Below are positions 41,701 to 51,700 of a stretch of 64,000 bases of DNA, piece after piece. The translations under genes were made by a program, and so were the position numbers. Position 1 is the stretch's first letter. Each line of letters starts with the position of its first letter. The stretch is from Eledone cirrhosa (taxonomy: Eukaryota), in the NCBI GenBank assembly GCA_964016885.1, contig OZ024740.1, positions 12,090,001 to 12,154,000 on the forward strand, read 5' to 3'. The notes under the pieces were generated by a model. The model was not told the DNA's origin. It saw only the letters and a list, made by a program, of their open reading frames with translations, and ran no database searches.

Positions 41701-43856
41701 GACCTGTATAACCTTTGTTAGCCCTACTTCAGTACTGACCTGGTCTATGTAGACCTGTATAACCCTTGTTAGCCCTACTTCAGTACTGACCTGGTCTACG
41801 TAGACCTGTATAACGCTTGTTAGCCCTACTTCAGTAGTGACATAGTCTATGTAGTCCTGTCTAACCCTTGCTAGCCCTACTTCAGTACTGACGTGGTCTA
41901 TGTAGACATGTCTAACCCTTGTTAGCCCTACTTCAGTACTGACTTACTCTATGTAGACCTTCTAACCCTTGTTAGCCCTACTCCAGTACTGACTGAGTCT
42001 ATGTAGACCTGTCTAACCCTTGTTAGCCCTACTCCAGGGATGACTGGTCAATGTAGAACAGTCTAACCCATGTTAGCCCTACTTCAGTACTGACTTACTC
42101 TATGTGGACCTGTCTAACCCTTGTTAGCCCTACTTCAGTACTGACTTAGTCTATGTAGACCTGTCTAACCATTGTTAGCCCTACTTCTGTACTGACCTGG
42201 TCTATGTAGGCCTGTCTAACCCTTGTTAGCCCTACTTCAGTACTGACCTGGTCAATGTAGACCTGTCTAACCAGTGTTAGCCCTATTTCAGTACTGACTT
42301 AGTCTATGTAGACCTGTCTAACCCTTGCAAGCTCTACTTCAGTACTGACCTGGTCTATGTAGACCTGTCTAACCCTTGCTAGCCCTACTTCAGTACTGAC
42401 TTAGTCTGTGTAGACCGGTCTAACCCTTGCTAGCCCTACTTCAGTACTGACTTAGTCTATGTAGTCCTGTCTGACCCTTGTTAGCCCTACTTCAGTACTG
42501 ACTGGGTCGATATAGACCGGTCTAACCCTTGTTAGCCCCACTCCAGTACAGACCTGGTGTAAGTAGACCTATCTAACTTTTGTTAGCCCCACTCAAGTAC
42601 AGACTTAGTGTGTGGAGACCTGTCTAACCCTTGTTAGCCGTACTCCAGTACTGATTGAGTCGATATAGACCTGTATAACCCTTCTTAGCACTACTTCAGT
42701 ACTGACTGGGTCGATATAGACCTGTCTAACCCTTGTAAGCCATACTTCAGTACTGACTTAGTCTATGTAGACCTGTCTAACCCTTGTTAGCCCTACTTCA
42801 GTACAGACATGTTCTATGTGGACCTGTCTAACCCTTGTTAGCCTACTCCAGTACTGACTTAGTTATGTAGACCTGTCTAAACCTTTTTAGCCCTACTTAA
42901 GTACTGACTTAATCTATGTAGACCAGTCTAACCCTTGCTAGCCCTACTTCAGTACTGACTTAGTCTGTGTAGACCTGTCTAACCCTTGCTATCCCTACTT
43001 CAGTACTGACTTAGTCTATGTAGTCCGGTCTGACCCTTGTTAGCCCTACTTCAGTACTGACTGGGTCGATATAGACCTGTCAAACCCTTGTTAGCCCTAC
43101 TTCAGTACTGACCTGGTCTAAGTAGACCTATCTAACTTTTGTTAGCCCCACTCCAGTACAGACTTAGTGTGTGGAGACCTGTCTAAGCCTTTTTAGCCCT
43201 ACTCCAGTACAGACTGAGTCGATATAAACCTGTATAACCCTTGTTAGCACTACTTCAGTACTGACCTGGTCTATGTAGACCTGTCTAACCCTTGCTAGCC
43301 CTACTTCAGGGATGACTGGTCAATGTAGAACAGTCTAACCCATGTTAGCCCTACTTCAGTACTGACTTACTCTATGTGGACCTGTCTAACCCTTGTTAGC
43401 CCTACTTCAGTACTGACTTAGTCTATGTAGACCTGTCTAACCCTTGTTAGCCCTACTTAAGTACTGACTTAGTCTATGTAGACCTGTCTAAACCTTGTTA
43501 GCCCTACTCCAGTACTGACTGGCTCGATATAGACCTGTCTAACCCTTGTAAGCCCTACTTCAGTACTGACTTAGTCTATGTAGACCTGTCTAACCCTTGT
43601 TAACCCTACTTCAGTACAGACATGTTCTATGTGGACCTGTCTAACCCTTGTTAGCCTACTCCAGTACTGACTTAGTCTATGTAGACCTGTCTAACCCTTG
43701 TTAGCCCTACTCCAGTACTGACTTAGTCTATGTAGACCTGTCTAACCCTTGTGAGCCCTACTCCAGAACTGACTTAATCTATGTAGACCTATCTAATTCT
43801 TGTTAGCCCCACTCCAGTACAGACTTAGTGTATGCAGACCTGTCTAACCCTTGTTA

Positions 43857-43872
43857 GCCCTACTTCAGTAAT
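43857..43872 (+). repeat. Left target-site duplication of SINE copy 1 (GCCCTACTTCAGTAAT)
   Basis: Exact 16-bp direct repeat of 44054-44069. It is present once at the empty sites 57558-57573 and 62041-62056. Confidence 0.9.
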
Positions 43873-44053
43873 TGTTTCTACTTTAGGCACAAGGCCAGCA
43901 ATTACCCAGTGCATTACTGGTACTTTATTTTATCGACCCCGTAAGGATGAAAGACAAAGTCAACCGCGGCGGGATTTGAACTCAGATCGTAAAGGGACGT
44001 AACTATGCTGGAAAGCATGGCGTCCGACCCTCTACCGATACTGCCAATCCACC
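43873..44053 (-). mobile_element. tRNA-derived SINE, copy 1 (181 bp between TSDs; Nin-domain/Octopus-SINE-like)
   Basis: Non-satellite insert flanked by direct repeats GCCCTACTTCAGTAAT (43857-43872 and 44054-44069). The minus strand begins (GGC)GGTGGATTGGCAGTATCGGTAGA with an A-box-like motif and has the B box GAGTTCAAATCCC. The core is GACTTTGTCTTTCATCCTTACGGGGTCGATAAAATAAAGTACCAG and the 3' end is GGCCTTGTGCCTAAAGTAGAAACA. Family assignment is from recalled resemblance, not a database search. The true 5' end may extend 3 nt into the TSD. Confidence 0.9.
43971..44046 (-). promoter_or_regulatory. Internal RNA Pol III type-2 promoter (A box + B box) of SINE copy 1
   Basis: On the minus strand, the A-box-like TGGCAGTATCGG is at 44046-44035 and the B box GAGTTCAAATCCC (fits GTTCRANNC) is at 43983-43971, 51 nt apart. 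Confidence 0.7.
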
Positions 44054-44069
44054 GCCCTACTTCAGTAAT
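44054..44069 (+). repeat. Right target-site duplication of SINE copy 1 (GCCCTACTTCAGTAAT)
   Basis: Exact direct repeat of 43857-43872. Its first 3 nt (GCC) may also be the SINE 5' GGC. Confidence 0.9.
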
Positions 44070-45189
44070 AACTTAGTCTATGTAGACCTGTCTAACCCTT
44101 GTTAGCCCTAGTTCAGTACTGACCTGGTCTATGTAGACCTGTCTAACCCTTGTTAGCCTTACTTCTGTACTGACTTAGTCTATGTAGACATGTATAACCC
44201 TTGTTAGCCCTACTCCAGTACTGACTTAGACTATGTAGACCTATCTAATTCTTGTTAGCCCTACTTCAGTATTGACTTAGTAAATGTAGACCTGTCTAAC
44301 CCTTGTTAGCCCTACTCCAGTACAGACTTAGTGTATGTAGACCTGTCTAACCCTTGTTAGCCCTACTTCAGTAATGACTTAGTCTATGTAGACCTGTCTA
44401 ACCCTTGTTAGCCCTACTTCAGTACTGACTTAGTCTATGTAAACCTGTCTAACACTTGTTAGCCCTACTTCAGTACTGACTTAGTCTATGTAGACCTGTC
44501 TAAACCTTGTTAGCCCTACTCCAGTACAGACTGGCTCGATATAGACCTGTCTAACCCTTGTAAGCCCTACTTCAGTACTAACTTAGTCTATGTAGACCTG
44601 TCTAACCCTTGTTAGCCCTACTTCAGTACAGACATGTTCTATGTGGACCTGTCTAACCCTTGTTAGCCTACTCCAGTACTGACTTAGTCTATGTAGACCT
44701 GTCTAACCCTTGTTAGCCCTACTCCAGTACTGACTTAGTCTATGTAGACCTGTCTAACCCTTGTTAGGCCTACTTCAGTACTGACTGGGCCGATATAGAC
44801 CTGTCTAACCCTTGTTAGCCCTACTTCAGTACTGTCTTAGTCTATGTAGACCTGTATAACCCTTGTTAGCCCTACTTCAGTACTGACCTGGTCTATGTAG
44901 ACCTGTATAACCCTTGTTAGCCCTACTTCAGTACTGACTTGGTTATGTAGACCTGTCTAACCCTTGTTAGCCCTACTTCAGCAGTGACATAGTCTATGTA
45001 GTCCTGTCTATCCCTTGTACGCCCTACTTCAGTACTGACGTGGTCTATGTAGACCTGTCTAACCCTTGTGAGCCCTACTCCAGAACTGACTTAATCTATG
45101 TAGACCTATCTAATTCTTGTTAGTCCCACTCCAGTACAGACTTAGTGTATGCAGACCTGTCTAACCCTTGTTAGCCCTACTTCAGTAAT

Positions 45190-45371
45190 TGTTTCTACTT
45201 TAGGCACAAGGCCAGCAATTACCCAGTGCATTACTGGTACTTTATTTTATCGACCCCGTAAGGATGAAAGACAAAGTCAACCGCGGCGGGATTTGAACTC
45301 AGATCGTTTAAGGGACGTAACTATGCTGGAAAGCATGGCGTCCGACCCTCCACCGATACTGCCAATCCACC
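45190..45371 (-). mobile_element. tRNA-derived SINE, copy 2 (182 bp)
   Basis: Same insert, with TSDs at 45174-45189 and 45372-45387. Differs from copy 1 by CGTTTAAGGG vs CGTAAAGGG and CCCTCCACCG vs CCCTCTACCG. Confidence 0.9.
45288..45364 (-). promoter_or_regulatory. Internal Pol III A/B boxes of SINE copy 2
   Basis: Plus-strand GGGATTTGAACTC at 45288-45300 and CCGATACTGCCA at 45353-45364. Confidence 0.65.
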
Positions 45372-46252
45372 GCCCTACTTCAGTAATAACTTAGTCTATG
45401 TAGACCTGTCTAACCCTTGTTAGCCCTACTTCAGTACTGACTTACTCTATGTGGACCTGTCTAACCCTTGTTAGCCCTACTTCAGTACTGACTTAGTCTA
45501 TGTAGACCTGTCTAACCCTTGTTAGCCCTACTTAAGTACTGACTTAGTCTATGTAGACCTGTCTAAACCTTGTTAGCCCTACTCCAGTACTGACTGGCTC
45601 GATATAGACCTGTCTAACCCTTGTAAGCCCTACTTCAGTACTGACTTAGTCTATGTAGACCTGTCTAACCCTTGTTAACCCTACTTCAGTACAGACATGT
45701 TCTATGTGGACCTGTCTAACCCTTGTTAGCCTACTCCAGTACTGACTTAGTCTATGTAGACCTGTCTAACCCTTGTTAGCCCTACTCCAGTACTGACTTA
45801 GTCTATGTAGACCTGTCTAACCCTTGTTAGGCCTACTTCAGTACTGACTGGGCCGATATAGACCTGTCTAACCCTTGTTAGCCCTACTTCAGTACTGACT
45901 TAGTCTATGTAGACCTGTATAACACTTGTTAGCCCTACTTCAGTACTGACCTGGTCTATGTAGACCTGTATAACCCTTGTTAGCCCTACTTCAGTACTGA
46001 CCTGGTTATGTAGACCTGTCTAACCCTTGTTAGCCCTACTTCAGCAGTGACATAGTCTATGTAGTCCTGTCTATCCCTTGTACGCCCTACTTCAGTACTG
46101 ACGTGGTCTATGTAGACCTGTCTAACCCTTGTGAGCCCTACTCCAGAACTGACTTAATCTATGTAGACCTATCTAATTCTTGTTAGCCCCACTCCAGTAC
46201 AGACTTAGTGTATGCAGACCTGTCTAACCCTTGTTAGCCCTACTTCAGTAAT

Positions 46253-46433
46253 TGTTTCTACTTTAGGCGCAAGGCCAGCAATTACCCAGTGCATTACTGG
46301 TACTTTATTTTATCGACCCCGTAAGGATGAAAGACAAAGTCAACCGCGGCGGGATTTGAACTCAGATCGTAAAGGGACGTAACTATGCTGGAAAGCATGG
46401 CGTCCGACCCTCTACCGATACTGCCAATCCACC
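46253..46433 (-). mobile_element. tRNA-derived SINE, copy 3 (181 bp)
   Basis: Same insert, with TSDs at 46237-46252 and 46434-46449. One visible difference from copy 1 (TAGGCGCAAG vs TAGGCACAAG). Confidence 0.9.
46351..46426 (-). promoter_or_regulatory. Internal Pol III A/B boxes of SINE copy 3
   Basis: Plus-strand GGGATTTGAACTC at 46351-46363 and CCGATACTGCCA at 46415-46426. Confidence 0.65.
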
Positions 46434-48581
46434 GCCCTACTTCAGTAATAACTTAGTCTATGTAGACCTGTCTAACCTTTGTTAGCCCTAGTTCAGTACT
46501 GACCTGGTCTATGTAGACCTGTCTAACCCTTGTTAGCCTTACTTCTGTACTGACTTAGTCTATGTAGACATGTATAACCCTTGTTAGCCCTACTCCAGTA
46601 CTGACTTAGACTATGTAGACCTATCTAATTCTTGTTAGCCCTACTTCAGTATTGACTTAGTAAATGTAGACCTGTGTAACCCTTGTTAGCCCTACTCCAG
46701 TACAGACTTAGTGTATGTAGACCTGTCTAACCCTTGTTAGCCCTACTTCAGTAATGACTTAGTCTATGTAGACCTGTCTAACCCTTGTTAGCCCTACTTC
46801 AGTACTGACTTAGTCTATGTAAACCTGTCTAACACTTGTTAGCCCTACTTCAGTACTGACTTAGTCTATGTAGACCTGTCTAAACCTTGTTAGCCCTACT
46901 CCAGTACAGACTGGCTCGATATAGACCTGTCTAACCCTTGTAAGCCCTACTTCAGTACTAACTTAGTCTATGTAGACCTGTCTAACCCTTGTTAGCCCTA
47001 CTTCAGTACAGACATGTTCTATGTGGACCTGTCTAACCCTTGTTAGCCTACTCCAGTACTGACTTAGTCTATGTAGACCTGTCTAACCCTTGTTAGCCCT
47101 ACTCCAGTACTGACTTAGTCTATGTAGACCTGTCTAACCCTTGTTAGGCCTACTTCAGTACTGACTGGGCCGATATAGACCTGTCTAACCCTTGTTAGCC
47201 CTACTTCAGTACTGACTTAGTCTATGTAGACCTGTATAACCCTTGTTAGCCCTACTTCAGTACTGACCTGGTCTATGTGGGCCTGTCTAACCCTTGTTAA
47301 CCCTACTCCAGTACTGACTTAGTCTATGTAGACCTGTGTAACCCTTGTTAGCCCTACTCCAGTACGCACTTACTCTATGTAGACCTGTCTAACACTTGTT
47401 AGCCCTACTTCAGTACTGACTTAGTCTATGTAGACCTGTCTAACCCTTGTTAGCCCTACTTCAGGACTGACCTGGTCAATGTAGACCTGTCTATCCCGTG
47501 TTAGTCCCACTTCAGTACTGACTTAGTCTATGTAGACATGTCTAACCCTTGCTAGCTCTACTTCAGTACTGACTTAGTCTATGTAGACCTGTCTAAACCT
47601 TGTTAGCCATACTCCAGTACTGACTGGGTTGATATAGACCTGTCTAACCCTTGTAAGCCCTACTTCACTACTGACTTAGTCTATGTAGACCTGTCTAACC
47701 CTTGTTAGCCCTACTTCAGTACTGACCTGGTCTATGTAGACCTGTCTAACCCTTGTTAGTCTACTCCAGTACTGACTTAGTCTATGTAGACCTGTCTAAC
47801 CCTTGTTAGACCTAATTCACTACTGACTTAGTCTATGTAGACCTGTCTAACCCTTGTTAACCCTACTTCAGTACTGACTTAGTCTATGTTGACACGTCTA
47901 ACCCTTGTTAGCCCTACTCCACTGGGTCGATATAGAACTGTCTAACCCTTGCTAGCCCTACTTCAGTACTGACCTGGTCAATGTAGACCTGTCTAACCCG
48001 TGTTAGCTCTACTTCCGTACTGACTTAGTCTATGTAGACCTGTCTAACCCTTGCAAGCTCTACTTCAGTACTGACTTAGTCTATGTAGACCTGTCTAACC
48101 CTTGTTAGGCCTACTTCAGTACTGACCTGGTCTATGTAGACCTGTCTAACCCTTGTTAGCCCTACTTAAGTACTGACTTAATCTATGTAGACCAGTCTAA
48201 CCCTTGCTAGCCCTACTTCAGTACTGACTTACTCTATGTGGACCTGTCTAACCCTTGTTAGCCCTACTTCAGTACTGACTTAGTCTATGTAGACCTGTCT
48301 AACCCTTGTTAGCCCTACTTAAGTACTGACCTGGTTATGTAGACCTGTCTAACCCTTGTTAGCCCTACTTCAGCAGTGACATAGTCTATGTAGTCCTGTC
48401 TATCCCTTGTACGCCCTACTTCAGTACTGACGTGGTCTATGTAGACCTGTCTAACCCTTGTGAGCCCTACTCCAGAACTGACTTAATCTATGTAGACCTA
48501 TCTAATTCTTGTTAGCCCCACTCCAGTACAGACTTAGTGTATGCAGACCTGTCTAACCCTTGTTAGCCCTACTTCAGTAAT

Positions 48582-48762
48582 TGTTTCTACTTTAGGCACA
48601 AGGCCAGCAATTACCCAGTGCATTACTGGTACTTTATTTTATCGACCCCGTAAGGATGAAAGACAAAGTCAACCGCGGCGGGATTTGAACTCAGATCGTA
48701 AAGGGACGTAACTATGCTGGAAAGCATGGCGTCCGACCCTCTACCGATACTGCCAATCCACC
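48582..48762 (-). mobile_element. tRNA-derived SINE, copy 4 (181 bp)
   Basis: Same insert, apparently identical to copy 1 by eye, with TSDs at 48566-48581 and 48763-48778. Confidence 0.9.
48680..48755 (-). promoter_or_regulatory. Internal Pol III A/B boxes of SINE copy 4
   Basis: Plus-strand GGGATTTGAACTC at 48680-48692 and CCGATACTGCCA at 48744-48755. Confidence 0.65.
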
Positions 48763-51700
48763 GCCCTACTTCAGTAATAACTTAGTCTATGTAGACCTGT
48801 CTAACCCTTGTTAGCCCTAGTTCAGTACTGACCTGGTCTATGTAGACCTGTCTAACCCTTGTTAGCCTTACTTCTGTACTGACTTAGTCTATGTAGACCT
48901 GTATAACCCTTGTTAGCCCTACTTCAGTACTGACTTAGTCTATGTAGACCTGTCTAACCCATGTTAGCCCTACTTCAGTACTGACCTGGTCAATGAAGAC
49001 ATGTCTAACCCGTGTTAGCCCTACTTCAGTACTGACTTAGTCTATGTAGACCTGTCTAACCCTTGCTAGCCCTACTTCAGTACTGACTTAGTCTATGTAG
49101 ACCTGTCTAACCCTTGTTAGCCCTACTTCAGTACTGACCCTGTCAATATAGAGCTGTCTAACCCTTGTTAGCCCTACTTAAGTACTGACTTAATCTATGT
49201 AGACCGGTCTAACCCTTGCTAGCCCTACTTCAGTACTGACTTAGTCTATGTAGACCTGTCTAAACCTTGTTAGCCATAATTCAGTACTGACTGGGTCGAT
49301 ATAGACCTGTCTAACCATTGTAAGCCCTACTTCAGTACTGACTTAGTCTATGTAGACCTGTCTAACCCCTGTTAGCCCTACTTCAGTACTGACCTGGTCT
49401 ATGTAGACCTGTCTAACACTTGTTAGTCTACTCCAGTACTGACTTAGACTATGTAGACCTGTCTAAACCTTGTTAGCCCTACTCCAGTACTGACTTAGTC
49501 TATGTAGACCTGTCTAACCATTGTTACCTCTACTTCAGTACTGACTTAGTCTATGTAGACCTGTCTAACCCTTGTTAGCTCTACTTCAGTACTGACTTAG
49601 TCTATGTAGTCCTGTCTAACCCTTCTTAGCCCTACTCCAGTACTGACTGGGTCGATATAGACCTGTCTAACCCTTGTTAGCCCTACTTCAGTACTGACTT
49701 AGTCTATGTAGACCTGTATAACCCTTGTTAGCCCTACTTCAGTACTGACCTGGTCTATGTAGACCTGTCTAACCCTTGTTAGCCCTTACTTCAGTACTGA
49801 CGTGGTCTATGTAGACCTATCTAATTCTTGTTAGCCCCACTCCAGTACAGCCTTATTGTATGTAGACCTGTCTAACTCTTGTTAGCCCTACTTCAGTACT
49901 GACTTAGTCTATGTAGACCTATCTAATTCTTGTTAGCCCCACTCCAGTACAGACTTATTGTATGTAGACCTGTCTAACCCTTGTTAGCCCTACTTCAGTA
50001 CTGACTTAGTCTATGTAGACCTGTATAACCCTTGTTAGCCCTACTTCAGTACTGACCTGGTCTATGTAGGCCTGTCTAAACCTTGTTAACCCTACTCCAG
50101 TACTGACTTAGTCTATGTAGACCTGTGTAACCCTTGTTAGCCCTACTCCAGTACGCACTTACTCTATGTAGACCTGTCTAACACTTGCTAGCCCTACTTC
50201 AGTACTGACTTAGTCTATGTAGACATGTCTAACCCTTGCTAGCTCTACTTCAGTACTGACTTAGTCTATGTAGACCTGTCTAAACCTTGTTAGCCATACT
50301 CCAGTACTGACTGGGTTGATATAGACCTGTCTAACCCTTGTAAGCCCTACTTCACTACTGACTTAGTCTATGTAGACCTGTCTAACCCTTGTTAGCCCTA
50401 CTTCAGTACTGACCTGGTCTATGTAGACCTGTCTAACCCTTGTTAGTCTACTCCAGTACTGACTTAGTCTATGTAGACCTGTCTAACCCTTGTTAGATCT
50501 AATTCACTACTGACTTAGTCTATGTAGACCTGTCTAACCCTTGTTAACCCTACTTCAGTACTGACTTAGTCTATGTTGACACGTCTAACCCTTGTTAGCC
50601 CTACTCCACTGGGTCGATATAGAACTGTCTAACCCTTGCTAGCCCTACTTCAGTACTGACCTGGTCAATGTAGACCTGTCTAACCCGTGTTAGCCCTACT
50701 TCCGTACTGACTTAGTCTATGTAGACCTGTCTAACCCTTGCAAGCTCTACTTCAGTACTGACTTAGTCTATGTAGACCTGTCTAACCCTTGTTAGGCCTA
50801 CTTCAGTACTGACCTGGTCTATGTAGACCTGTCTAACCCTTGTTAGCCCTACTTAAGTACTGACTTAATCTATGTAGACCAGTCTAACCCTTGCTAGCCC
50901 TACTTCAGTACTGACTTACTCTATGTGGACCTGTCTAACCCTTGTTAGCCCTACTTCAGTACTGACTTAGTCTATGTAGACCTGTCTAACCCTTGTTAGC
51001 CCTACTTAAGTACTGACTTAGTCTATGTAGACCTGTCTAACCCTTGTTAGCCCTACTCCAGTACTGACTGGGTCGATATAGACCTGTCTAACCCTTGTTA
51101 GCCCTACTCCAGTACTGACTTAGTCTATGTAGACCTGTCTAACCCTTGTTAGCTCTACTTCAGTATTGACTTAGTCTATGTAGATCTGTCTAACCCTTGT
51201 TAGCTCTACTTCAGTACTGACTTAGTCTATGTAGACCTGTCTAACCCTTGTTAGCCCTACTTCAGTACTGACCTGGTCTATGTAGGCCTGTCTAACCCTT
51301 GTTAGCCCTACTCCAGTACTGACTTAGTCTATGTAGACCTGTCTAACCCTTGTTAACCCTACTCCAGTACTGACTTAGTCTATGTAGACCTGTCGAACAG
51401 TTGTTAGCCCTACTTGAGTACTGACTTAGTCTATGTAGACCTGTATAACCCTTGTTAGCCCTACTTCAGTACTGACTTAGTCTATGTAGACCTGTATAAC
51501 CCTTGTTAGCCCTACTTCAGTACTGACTTAGGCTATGTAGACCTGTCTAACGCTTGTTAGCCCTACTTCAGTACTGACCTGGTCAATGTAGACCTGTCTA
51601 ACCCGTGTTAGCCCTACTTCAGTACTGACATAGTCTATGTAGACCTGTCTAAACCTTGCAAGCTCTACTTCAGTACTGACTTAGTCTATGTAGACCTGTC

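Noticed and set aside
43873-44053. MITE/DNA transposon or self-cleaving (hammerhead) ribozyme interpretation of the insert
   Set aside because: There are no terminal inverted repeats, and the long TSD fits retrotransposition. No CTGATGA...GAAA hammerhead core is seen on either strand of the insert or monomer.
43965-44056. Functional tRNA gene in the insert head
   Set aside because: A/B boxes are present, but I could not form a canonical cloverleaf with a 7-nt anticodon loop, and there is no T-run terminator. It continues into a SINE core and is bounded by TSDs.
45149-45394. Plus-strand ORF of 81 aa across SINE copy 2
   Set aside because: It is antisense to a non-coding SINE and is open only because of the private 1-nt insertion in copy 2. 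The other three copies stop earlier in this frame.
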